NCBI GenBank assembly: GCA_046351435.1
Contig: JAXLYN010000037.1
Location: 12,977-76,976 of the forward strand
Reading direction: 5' to 3'
Origin: Polyangiaceae bacterium
GTDB taxonomy: Bacteria; Myxococcota_A; Polyangia; Polyangiales; Polyangiaceae
DNA length: 64,000 bases
The notes beneath the pieces were generated by a model, which did not search any database, was not told the DNA's origin, and saw only the letters and a list, made by a program, of their open reading frames with translations. Position numbers and translations under genes: made by a program. Below, one piece after another: positions 26,364 through 36,011 of the stretch (position 1 is its first letter; every line of letters starts with the position of its first letter).

Positions 26364-26750
26364 TCACTTGACCTCGACCTTCGCGCCCGCTTCTTCGAGC
26401 TTCTTCTTGAGGTCGGCAGCCTCGTCCTTGCCGATGCCTTCCTTGAGCGCCTTCGGCGCGCCTTCGACCAGGTCCTTCGCCTCTTTGAGGCCGAGACCGG
26501 TGATCTCGCGCACGATCTTGATGGTGACGTTGATCTTGCTCGGGCCAGCGTCCGCGAGGATGACGTCGAACTCCGTCTTCTCCTCGACGGCCGCCGCCGC
26601 GCCACCACCGCCGGCGACCGCACCCGCGACCGCGACCGGCGCTGCGGACACGCCCCACTTGTTCTCGAGCTCCTTCTACCAGCTCCGCGATCTGATGACC
26701 GGAAGGTTGGAGAGGTAGTCGACGATCTGCTCACGGGTAATCTCAGCCAT
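26364..26750 (-). CDS. rplL: 50S ribosomal protein L7/L12 (internal compensated frame scramble)
   Basis: ATG at 26750 (SD GGAG) gives [15 protein letters not shown]. The C-terminal 95 aa in the ORF track are classic L12 ([33 protein letters not shown]). Start and stop are in the same frame (387 nt), but codons 16-25 contain a TAG. Confidence 0.9.
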
Positions 26751-26884
26751 CTTCAGCTCCATCAGGGCCCCGAAACGGTTCTTGTCGCGGTGCCGGAATC
26801 TGTCTTGGTTTCTGGTTTCTGGGTTTCGAAATCTGTTGGCTCGAGCCAGCGCCGGTGAGGTGCCGACTCCGAGGTGATGGCGAC

Positions 26885-27408
26885 TCAGCCCTCGTCCTTG
26901 CGCTGCTTCGCTGCCAAGACGCCGACCATTTCACGGGCCGGTGCGTTGAGCAGCATGACGAAGCGCTGGGCGGGAGCGATTAGCTGGGCGAGGAGCATGG
27001 CGCGCGCCTCGTCCTTGCCCGGCATGTTGGCGAGGGTGTCTTCGACGCCCTTGGCGTCGAGGACCTGGCCCTCGAGCACGCCCGCCTTGATCTTGAGCTT
27101 CTCGTTGTCGCGCTTGAAGTCCCGAACGACCTTGGCGGCGACGCTCGGCTCCTCGTAGCTCCATGCGACGCCAGTCATCCCCTTCAGCGCGACCTTGAGC
27201 GCACCGGACCAGGAGTGTTCGATCAAGGCCTGCTTGACCAGCGTGTTCTTGACGACCTTGTACTCCACGCCTTTGGCGCGGAACGAGTCGCGAAGTTTGC
27301 CGACCTCCTCCACCGTCATCCCCGTGAAATCGAGGAATACGGCCGAGGTCATCTTGTCGAAGCGTGCTCTACGGCTTGGATCGCTTCTGCTTTCTCCGGG
27401 CGTTGCAT
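26885..27408 (-). CDS. rplJ: 50S ribosomal protein L10 (frameshift near codon 15)
   Basis: ORF track 26885..27352 is L10. ATG at 27408 gives [14 protein letters not shown], then drops out of frame by 1 nt before [13 protein letters not shown]. Span is 524 nt. Confidence 0.9.
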
Positions 27409-28117
27409 CAGTGCTCCTCCTCCGTCGTCACCACGCTGGCAGGGTCGATGCGAACGCCAGGGCCCATGGTGCTCGAGAGCGTGATGCTCTTGAGGTAGAT
27501 GCCCTTGGCGGTCGACGGCTTCTTGGCGATGAGCTCGCGGATGAGCGCGAGCGCGTTCTCGGCCAAGCGGTTCGGGTCGAACGAGACGCGACGACGCAGT
27601 GCACGACGCCTGCCTTGTCGACGCGGTACTCGACCTTGCCGGCCTTGGCTTCGCGAACTGCCTTCGCGACGTCCACGGTGACGGTGCCGACCTTGGGGTT
27701 CGGCATCAGGCCTCGGGGACCGAGGACGCGGCCGAGCTTGCCGACGGCGCCCATCATGTCCGGCGTCGCGATCACGCGATCGAAGTCCATGAAGCCCTCG
27801 GTGACCTTCGCCACCAGCTCGTCCGAGCCGGCGAAGTCGGCGCCCGCCGCCATGGCTTCCTTTTCCTTCTCACCCTTTGCGAACACCAGAACGCGGATCC
27901 CTTTGCCGGTTCCGTGCGGGAGAATGATGGCTCCACGCACCATTTGGTCGGCGTGCTTCGGGTTCACACCCAAGCGCACCGCGATGTCGACGCTCTCGTC
28001 GAACTTCGCGTATGCAGCCTGTTTGACGAACCCAGCGGCCTGCTCGACCGTGTAGCGCTTCTCGCGATCATACGACGCGATGGCTTTGGTTCTCTTTTTG
28101 CTGTCTTTCGTTGCCAT
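27408..28117 (-). CDS. rplA: 50S ribosomal protein L1 (frameshift in C-terminal third)
   Basis: ATG at 28117 gives [32 protein letters not shown]. After VHCVV the track ORF becomes nonsense. The shifted frame reads [52 protein letters not shown] and stops at 27408, overlapping the rplJ ATG. Confidence 0.9.
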
Positions 28118-28204
28118 TTTCGACTCGTCTTTCGACTCCTGGAGAGCGGGGTACTCGGCCTTCGGAGCCGAGCCTCCGTTCCAGTACATGGGAAGCTGGG
28201 CGGA

Positions 28205-28656
28205 CTACATGTCGACGTCGACGCCCATGCTGCGCGCGGTGCCCGCGATGCTGCGAGCGGCGGACTCGACGTCCGTGGTGTTCATGTCCTGGATCTTGGT
28301 CTTGGCGATTTCCTTCACCTGATTCCAGGTGAGCTTGCCGACCTTGATCTTGTTCGGCTCTTTGGAGCCCGCGCCGGGTTTCTTCGCGCTGGGCAGCCCG
28401 CAGGCCTTCTTGATCAGCACGCTGGCGGGCGGCGACTTCATCACGAAGCTGTAGGAGCGGTCGGCGTAGACCGTGATCACCACCGGGATGATGGTGTCGC
28501 CGAGCGGCGCGGACTTGCTGTTGAAGTCCTTGCAGAACTGCATGATGTTGACGCCGTGCTGACCGAGCGCCGGGCCGACGGGCGGCGAGGGGTTCGCCTT
28601 GCCCGCGGGGAGCTGGAGCTTGATGAACGCGCTGATCTTCTTCTCGCGGCTGCCAT
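28205..28656 (-). CDS. rplK: 50S ribosomal protein L11 (frameshift near the start)
   Basis: ORF track 28205..28543 is L11 from MQFCKDFN. The conserved [33 protein letters not shown] is encoded in-frame upstream but has no in-frame start. The ATG at 28656 is 1 nt out of frame (452-nt span). Confidence 0.85.
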
Positions 28657-28739
28657 GGTGGCCTTCAATCTTCGTTGAGTGCCGGGCGCGGGCCCCGGGT
28701 TCAGGTTCGGGTTCTAGAGGTCACGGGTCGCGGCGCGAC

Positions 28740-29355
28740 TCACCTCTTCTCCACGTGTGAGAAATCCAGCTCCACGGGCGTCGGACGCCCGAAAATGCTG
28801 ACCATGACCTTGGAGCTTCTGCTTGTCGGGCTTCACCTCTTGCACGGTGCCCGAGAAGTTCGCGAAGGCTCCGACCACCACCCGCACCTCGTCGCCCTCT
28901 TGGAACTGGTGACGCGGCTTGGGCTTGACGGCCCCTTCGACGATGCCCTTGCGGAGGTCCTCGATGTGAGGCGGTTTCACCTCTTGCGGCCGCTGGTTTC
29001 CGATGAAGCCAGTGACCTTGGGTGTGTCCTTGACGATGTGCCAGGCGTGCTCGCTCATCTCCATCTCGACGAAGACGTAGCCGGGGAAGCTGGTCTTGGT
29101 CTTGACGCGCTGCTTGCCGTCCTTGGCTTGCTCGGTGACCGTCTCCGAAGGGATCAGGATCTCCCCGAACTTGTCGTCCATCTTGAACTGGCGAATCCGC
29201 TCCTGAAGGGCGGACTTCACCTTGTTCTCGTACCCGGAGTAGGTGGTCACGACGTACCACTTCTTCGAAGGCGCACCCGCCTCAGCGGGAGCGTCACCCT
29301 CAGCGGGAGCGTCTGCGGGAGCAGCGCTCAGATCGTTCGTTTCGGGCTCAGTCAT
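28740..29355 (-). CDS. nusG: Transcription termination/antitermination factor NusG (frameshift near the C-terminus)
   Basis: ATG at 29355 gives MTEPETND...KKWYVVTTYSGYENKV. After PDKQKL an extra C (28812/28813) shifts the frame. The corrected frame reads KVMVSIFGRPTPVELDFSHVEKR with a stop at 28740. The uncorrected ORF runs to 28714. Confidence 0.9.
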
Positions 29356-30074
29356 GCGCCGTACACCAGGTGAGTGAGGAAACTCCAGAAGCGGTCGAGC
29401 AAGGTCACGTAGACCGTGGCGATCATGCTGGCGACGATCACCACGATCGTGCCGTTGGTGACCGTCTCTTTGCTCGGCCAGGTGACTTTCGTGAGCTCGA
29501 GCGCCACTTCGTCGGCCCAGCGCCGCACGTTCTCTTTGCGGTAGACCTGGATCACGGCCAAGAGCCCGATGAGGGCGCCCGCCGTGAGCGAGTAGCTCTG
29601 ACGCTCGTCTTCGGCGAAGCGGAGCAGGAGCGGCACCGCGCGGGTCGCGGCCGGCCAATCGGCGAGCGCGCCCTGGGTTACGTTGAGGAGCTTGGACGAG
29701 ACGAAGGCCACCAAGATCCCCGCCACGAAGAACGCGGCGTGGACGTAGCGCGCCGAGGCGCCGAGCTGCTCGACCGCCGTCTCGGCCGCCGGGTTGTGGG
29801 CGAGGGCCTTGGCCTCGGCCTCGAGCGAGGCACGCTCCGCCTCTTCGCGCTGCTTGGCGTGGACCTCCGGCGACTCGGCGGCGTCCTCGCCGGCGTCGTC
29901 CTCGCCAGCGTCTTCCGCGCCGTCGTCTTCGGCTTCGTCCTCGTCGGCAGCCGCCGCTTCGGACTCGTCCGAGTCGCTCGCTTCCGCGTCGCTCTCGTCG
30001 GAAGACGCGTCGCCGCCCGTGGACTCCTCGTCCTCGTTCAGCTCTTCGTCTTTCTCTTCGTCCTTGCGTGCCAT
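29352..30074 (-). CDS. secE: Preprotein translocase subunit SecE with a long acidic N-terminal extension
   Basis: ORF track, 240 aa. The C-terminus RRWADEVALELTKVTWPSKETVTNGTIVVIVASMIATVYVTLLDRFW is the SecE core. Canonical position between tRNA-Trp and nusG, with ATGA overlap to nusG. Confidence 0.85.
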   Translation of the reverse strand: MARKDEEKDEELNEDEESTGGDASSDESDAEASDSDESEAAAADEDEAEDDGAEDAGEDDAGEDAAESPEVHAKQREEAERASLEAEAKALAHNPAAETAVEQLGASARYVHAAFFVAGILVAFVSSKLLNVTQGALADWPAATRAVPLLLRFAEDERQSYSLTAGALIGLLAVIQVYRKENVRRWADEVALELTKVTWPSKETVTNGTIVVIVASMIATVYVTLLDRFWSFLTHLVYGA

Positions 30075-30168
30075 GTTGCCGTTCGTTCCTTGCTGCGTGA
30101 GCGCAGCGACCGGGGAGCAGAGTCGGGTACCGCGACCGAGAACCGGGGCAGCGCCCCGAATTCCCGAG

Positions 30169-30244
30169 TGGCAGGGGCTGAGGGACTCGAACCCACGACC
30201 TGCGGATTTGGAATCCGCTGCTCTACCAACTGAGCTAAACCCCT
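30169..30244 (-). tRNA. tRNA-Trp (CCA)
   Basis: Reverse complement: AGGGGTTTAGCTCAGTTGGTAGAGCAGCGGATTCCAAATCCGCAGGTCGTGGGTTCGAGTCCCTCAGCCCCTGCCA. Cloverleaf with anticodon loop TTCCAAA and an encoded CCA end. Confidence 0.9.
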
Positions 30245-30282
30245 AATGTTCCCGAAAGCCGGTTCTAGATTTTCGGGTCCTT

Positions 30283-30462
30283 CTACTTGCTCTCCTTGTG
30301 CAACGTGTGCCTCTCACACGTCTTGCAATACTTCTTGAGGCGGAGTGGCTGCGAACCCTCGCGGCGCGCGATTGTCGTCTTGTAGTTGCGCTCACCGCAA
30401 ACTTCACAGGCGAGGGCGATACGGATTCTCCCTCTCCCGCTCGTGGTTTCGTCCGCAGCCAC
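30283..30462 (-). CDS. rpmG: 50S ribosomal protein L33
   Basis: Own translation from GTG at 30462: MAADETTSGRGRIRIALACEVCGERNYKTTIARREGSQPLRLKKYCKTCERHTLHKESK. CxxC...CxxC zinc ribbon. Too short (59 aa) for the ORF track. Confidence 0.85.
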   Translation of the reverse strand: MAADETTSGRGRIRIALACEVCGERNYKTTIARREGSQPLRLKKYCKTCERHTLHKESK

Positions 30463-30472
30463 TCTCCTCTCG

Positions 30473-31663
<1,191 letters not shown>

Positions 31664-31712
31664 CGCTTCACTACCTTCTTTGATACGAATTCGGAGGGTG
31701 TTGTCGGCTTCG

Positions 31713-31785
<73 letters not shown>

Positions 31786-31812
31786 CGATTGAGCTGTGCT
31801 TTCTCGCTCTTG

Positions 31813-31885
31813 AGCGGGAGAAGGGATTCGAACCCTCGACATTCAGCTTGGAAGGCTGACGCTCTACCAACTGAGCTACTCCCGC
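31813..31885 (-). tRNA. tRNA-Gly (TCC)
   Basis: Reverse complement: GCGGGAGTAGCTCAGTTGGTAGAGCGTCAGCCTTCCAAGCTGAATGTCGAGGGTTCGAATCCCTTCTCCCGCT. Anticodon loop CTTCCAA. Confidence 0.9.
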
Positions 31886-31924
31886 GGTTTCTCCTGACTC
31901 TCTACTCTTTCGTGCTGGTTTTCG

Positions 31925-32007
31925 TGGAGGGTATTGGATTCGAACCAATGCAGGCGTGAGCCGGCGGGTTTACAGCCCGCTCCCTTTGGCCACTCGGGCA
32001 ACCCTCC
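31925..32007 (-). tRNA. tRNA-Tyr (GTA)
   Basis: Reverse complement: GGAGGGTTGCCCGAGTGGCCAAAGGGAGCGGGCTGTAAACCCGCCGGCTCACGCCTGCATTGGTTCGAATCCAATACCCTCCA. Long variable arm. Anticodon loop CTGTAAA. Confidence 0.9.
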
Positions 32008-32056
32008 GCAAGTTTTCTTCTCTGATCGTTCCGACTGCTTCGACCTCGGGCTCTCG

Positions 32057-32129
32057 AGCTAGCGAGGGGACTCGAACCCCTAACCGCCTGTTTACAAAAC
32101 AGGTGCTCTACCGGTTGAGCTACGCCAGC
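32057..32129 (-). tRNA. tRNA-Thr (TGT)
   Basis: Reverse complement: GCTGGCGTAGCTCAACCGGTAGAGCACCTGTTTTGTAAACAGGCGGTTAGGGGTTCGAGTCCCCTCGCTAGCT. Anticodon loop TTTGTAA. Confidence 0.9.
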
Positions 32130-32483
32130 GATGTGCCGTCGCACCACGCGGGCTGATCTGTTTCTGAGACTCTGGACTCCTAGTTTCCTCGAGAGCCGAC
32201 TCCCGCCCGTTCACGGTTCTGGCTGGCCAGCACCGTGTTTCCGTGCGAGAAGAGGGCAACCTCACTGACTCCGCTTTTTGGCGACACCAATGGCGGACGG
32301 GTGAGGCCCCGTGGACGACCGGCGCGTGGTAGCGCCAGGGTTAGGGGGAGTCAAGCACAATTCGTACCGCCCACCGGGCCGGGACACTGGTCATAGATTC
32401 AGGTGTCCTTTCGCGGACTTGGATCCGGCTTCGGGTGTGGGCCCTGAGGGCTCCGGGGGGCGCGCCGCCTCCGGGGTGCCCCA

Positions 32484-33917
32484 TCATCGACGCCGGCGCC
32501 ACGCGAGGAGGGCCAGCCCCGCGAACAGCCCCCAACCAGGCCCGCCCTGCCGCGAGGTTCGACAACCGCAACCCGAGTCGTCGCTCGACCCGGCAGCGCT
32601 GCCATTGCCACCGCTCCCGCCGCCCCCGTCAGGCAGATCCGGCGGGCACTCGGGGATACCAGCGCCGTTGCCCCCCTCCCAGGTCGCCGGCGTCGCGATG
32701 GCGTAGAGGTTGTGGAGCAAGAGGTAGTCGACGCCGTTGTAGCGATAGCCCGTGCTGTTCTCCGGCCCTATGTAGTGCTGGTCCTTGCCGCGGATGAAGC
32801 GGTTCCAAACCGTGAAGCCGTGAGCCGCCGGACCGCTCGGCCAGGGCGACTTGGGCTCACCGCCGGCGGGGAGCTCGTCGAGCATCTCGCGTGCCCGCTG
32901 GTTCAGCTTGGCCCCGGTGGTGCACCAACCCGCATCGAGATGGTGGATGACCCGATGTGCGAGTGGATACGCCGGCCAGTCTTCCTTCTCTGAGAGCGCG
33001 GCGAGGTCCAGGGCCGTGGTGGTGCCCCAACCATTGCCCGCCGCCGCGATGGCCATGGCCATGTGCAGGCTGTCGTCGTCGAGGTAGCGCGGAGCGTAGG
33101 GCTGGCGCGAAAGGTCCCAGATCCCCGCCAGAGCCTCCTCGACCGGAGGCAGGTAGTCGCCGTCGGTGAGATAGCCCGCCACGAGCCGCGTACCGTGGGA
33201 GAACCCCGAGGCGAGGGGCCCGCGTTCGACTTCGCGGTCCGCGCATGCCGGATTCGTGATCACCCAGTTGTGGGAAGACACGTGCTGGATGATGCGCTTG
33301 CCCTGTTCCACGGCCCACGCATTCAGGTCGCGGGCCTTCACGTAGGTCTGCGGCGGTACTGCGGCCTTCACCAGCGCGAGACCGAAGAGCAGGTGATAGA
33401 CCTGATCTTGGCTCATCTCCTTGTTGGTGAGCGTGGGGTCGCTGAAGTCGGAGGTCATCGACTTCAGCGGCGGGAAGTTCTGCTGGAAGCCGTCCGGCAC
33501 GTCGTCGCGAAGGAAGAACCCGTTGAGCTTCTGATCTTGCGTACACGGCGGAGGGAACGCCGCGTCCGCCACCAGATCGAGACGCTCGAGGGCGCGGAGC
33601 GCGTAGTAGAGCTGGTCCGCCGTCTTCGTGAGCGTGCCCGGCGCGCCCGGGAACTCCGCTGGGTGCGAGAGCAGGTAGTGCTCCGTCGCGAGCATCCCGA
33701 TGTACCAGCCGAGCCCGATGGTGCTGTCGGACCACCGAATGGGCCCATCCGGTTCGATGCGCTCGTCTGCCGGTTGGCTCATTCCTGGCGCGTCACCGAC
33801 GACGATGAACTCCGTATCGAGCCGCGCGCGCAGAGCCTGGTACTTCGCAGCGTTCTCCTGGGTGGTGGCGGCCGAGGCGGTGGCGGAGAAGAGGAGCGCG
33901 GCGAGGAGGAAGCGCAT
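32484..33917 (-). CDS. Secreted protein of unknown function with MYXO-CTERM-type sorting tail
   Basis: ORF track, 477 aa. Signal peptide MRFLLAALLFSATASA. The C-terminus GGGGSGGNGSAAGSSDDSGCGCRTSRQGGPGWGLFAGLALLAWRRRR has a Cys-containing motif, a hydrophobic helix and a basic tail. Confidence 0.75.
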   Translation of the reverse strand: MRFLLAALLFSATASAATTQENAAKYQALRARLDTEFIVVGDAPGMSQPADERIEPDGPIRWSDSTIGLGWYIGMLATEHYLLSHPAEFPGAPGTLTKTADQLYYALRALERLDLVADAAFPPPCTQDQKLNGFFLRDDVPDGFQQNFPPLKSMTSDFSDPTLTNKEMSQDQVYHLLFGLALVKAAVPPQTYVKARDLNAWAVEQGKRIIQHVSSHNWVITNPACADREVERGPLASGFSHGTRLVAGYLTDGDYLPPVEEALAGIWDLSRQPYAPRYLDDDSLHMAMAIAAAGNGWGTTTALDLAALSEKEDWPAYPLAHRVIHHLDAGWCTTGAKLNQRAREMLDELPAGGEPKSPWPSGPAAHGFTVWNRFIRGKDQHYIGPENSTGYRYNGVDYLLLHNLYAIATPATWEGGNGAGIPECPPDLPDGGGGSGGNGSAAGSSDDSGCGCRTSRQGGPGWGLFAGLALLAWRRRR

Positions 33918-34073
33918 GGCGGGCAGTGTACCCGACGCCGCGCGGTGGCCGCATTTCTCGCCGAAACAGGGCTACGGACGATCGTGACGCACCGACTGAA
34001 TGAACGTCACGACGCCCCTCGCTACTTCTGACAGGTTGTCGCCGCTTCGTTTTCGGTCACCGAGACGCACTGA

Positions 34074-34260
34074 CGTCAAGAGCAGAGCCTCCGCACGGGG
34101 AACCCGGAGCTGTTTCCGGAGCTCGAGGTCCCTCGCTCCACGGTGCTGAGCTGGGGCCGACGGGGCGTCAGGGAGGTCGTGTCTCTCGAATCGGGTCGCG
34201 AGCTCGAGGCCGCGCTCCGGGCTCGCATCGTCCAGCTCGAGCACCGGGCCCCGACACGCG
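34074..34260 (+). mobile_element. Remnant of a transposase/integrase N-terminal HTH region (fragment only)
   Basis: The frame-0 translation after the stop at 34071 reads RQEQSLRTGNPELFPELEVPRSTVLSWGRRGVREVVSLESGRELEAALRARIVQLEH. From memory, the pattern (G)NxELF..L.VPRST...W.RRG...VVSL.....ELE resembles the N-termini of rve-type IS transposases common in myxobacteria. No catalytic domain follows. Confidence 0.3.
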
Positions 34261-34583
34261 TCGCGAGCCCGAGGCCGCGCTCCGGGCTCGCATCGTCCAG
34301 CTCGAGCACCGGCCCCGACACGCGTCGCGAGCTCGAGGCCGCGCTCCGGGCTCGAGTCGTCCAGCTCGAGCACCGGGCCCCGACACGCGCCGCGAGCTCG
34401 AGGCCGCGCTCCGGGCTCGAGTCGTCTAGCTCGAGCACCGGGCCCCGACACGCGCCGCGAGCTCGAGGCCGCGCTCCGGGCTCGCATCGTCCAGCTCGAG
34501 CACCGGGCCCCGATACGGGTCGCGAGCTCGAGGCCGCGCTCCGGGCTCGCATCGTCCAGCTCGAGCACCGGGCCCCGATACTG
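34195..34583. repeat. Tandem repeat, 65-bp unit x 6
   Basis: Unit: GTCGCGAGCTCGAGGCCGCGCTCCGGGCTCGCATCGTCCAGCTCGAGCACCGGGCCCCGACACGC. Copies start at 34195, 34260, 34324, 34389, 34454 and 34519, with a few SNPs or 1-nt indels per copy. The period is not a multiple of 3. Confidence 0.95.
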
Positions 34584-34616
34584 ACCGCCGAGCGCCGACA
34601 TCGCTACCCTGCTCCC

Positions 34617-34968
34617 GCCGGGGAATGCTTGTCATACCAAGTGTTGCCCGGAGCACGGTACCCCACTCCCCGCGCCCACTCGCATCGCCCAAGCTGTCCA
34701 GGGGCATCGCGAGGAACGCATGCTCGCCTGCGGGCTGCGCGCGCGGGGGACCCGCCAGCATGCCAGACCATGTCGCCGGGGAATGCTTGTCATACCAAGT
34801 GTTCCCCGGGGCACGGTACCCCACTCCCCGCGCCCACTCGCATCGCCCAAGCTGTCCAGGGGCATCGCGAGGAACGCATGCTCGCCTGCGGCTGCGCGCG
34901 CGGGGGACCCGCCTGCATTCCAGACCATGTCGCCGGGGAATGCTTGTCATACCAAGTGTTCCCCGGGG
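34617..34968. repeat. Tandem repeat, ~158-bp unit x 2.2, each copy starting with a strong hairpin
   Basis: Copies start at 34617, 34775 and 34932 (the last is partial). Each begins GCCGGGGAATGCTTGTCATACCAAGTGTTCCCCGG, in which CCGGGGAA/TTCCCCGG plus an inner CTTG/CAAG form a stem. The two full copies are near-identical. Confidence 0.95.
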
Positions 34969-35215
34969 TCTTCGCCCGCGCGTGCGGGTACGCGACGGAG
35001 CGGCTGCCTGCTTCTTCTTCCGGTTCGCGACGTAGAGCCCGCCCGTCGTGCCTGCGGATGCGACGAGTCCGATTGTCCGGGTGCGCCACCCCCAGAAGAT
35101 CGCACATCCGTCCCCTCCGAGCACGCGCCGCGAAACGGCGCTACGCGTTCGCGTGCGCAGTCGCGAGCGCTCGACTCGAACGGCTGAGCCGCGTTAGGTT
35201 CGATGGCCGAGGTCG

Positions 35216-35989
35216 ATGGTGATCCTGCGTCCCGATTCCACGCTGGCGCTTCTCTGCCTGGTCGCGTGTAGCCCGGGACAGAAACCAGCGGAGGCGGGCC
35301 CACCCGCCGCTCCGCCCTCGGCTCATGAAGCACCGAGCCGGCCGGCAGTAGACGCCGCGGGTGGAGAAATGAAGGCGCAGGACGCGGGCGTGACGGCGGA
35401 AGCGGACGCCGGAGCGCCAGCGCCACCGACACCAGCCCCGAGCCCGCTCGACATCGAGCCCAAGGTTGCGGCCGCGCTCGAACAGGAGAGCTTGTTCCAC
35501 GGTCGCGAGCTCGTGACCGACGACTCCGTGCGGAAGCTCGATCCCGATCTGAAATTCGGCTCGTGCGCCGTCGCGCGTTTCGGCAAGACCGATGGGTGGT
35601 TTTGCGAGCTGTCCGGGCCCGAGAGCGAGCGGACCGGTCATTCCGTGTTTTGGATGGCGGCGGTGACGCGCGCGGGAGCGAAGCTCAAAGAGCTTCAACG
35701 CTTCCCTACTCAGGCGCGAGCCCTCGACTTCCCGGAAGCGATCTACGCCACCCTACGCGTCGAGTACGACGGCGCGACCGGAATGCTCACGCTTTCGGAC
35801 GGCGTCTTTCCCTGCGACCGTGCCGCCGAGTCGGAGGACCACAGCCTCGAGTACCAGCACGTGGTGAATCGCCTGTGCAAAGCGCGCGGGACTTACGTGC
35901 TCCAAGGTGGAACGTTCCGGCGCAAGACGCAGGCACCCGCGCTCAAGTGGAAAGGGCCGCCGCGCGGCTCGGCGACGAGCGGCTTCTGA
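35216..35989 (+). CDS. Hypothetical lipoprotein
   Basis: ORF track, 257 aa. Lipobox LCLVAC followed by an Ala/Pro-rich linker. GC3-rich. Confidence 0.65.
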   Translation: MVILRPDSTLALLCLVACSPGQKPAEAGPPAAPPSAHEAPSRPAVDAAGGEMKAQDAGVTAEADAGAPAPPTPAPSPLDIEPKVAAALEQESLFHGRELVTDDSVRKLDPDLKFGSCAVARFGKTDGWFCELSGPESERTGHSVFWMAAVTRAGAKLKELQRFPTQARALDFPEAIYATLRVEYDGATGMLTLSDGVFPCDRAAESEDHSLEYQHVVNRLCKARGTYVLQGGTFRRKTQAPALKWKGPPRGSATSGF

Positions 35990-36011
35990 CCGTCGTCGGG
36001 CGTTCGAGGGC

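Noticed and set aside
30169-30244. tRNA-Trp as a pseudo-tRNA because of a T-T mismatch in the second T-stem pair
   Set aside because: The rest of the cloverleaf, the anticodon loop and the CCA end are canonical, and the gene sits in its conserved position between rpmG and secE. A single mismatch, possibly another base error, is insufficient to call it a pseudo-tRNA.
34195-34968. Possible CRISPR array, given the regularly spaced repeats with hairpin potential
   Set aside because: In both arrays the sequence between the repeat cores is itself repeated near-identically, so there are no unique spacers. The unit sizes (65 and 158 bp) do not fit a repeat-spacer architecture, and there are no cas genes in the window.
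34143-35222. Track ORFs 34143..35222(+) and 34426..35124(-) as real protein genes
   Set aside because: They run through tandem repeats whose period is not a multiple of 3, so the repeated peptide changes frame at every copy. They also lack GC3 bias and any recognisable domain beyond the short HTH-like remnant at the 5' end.
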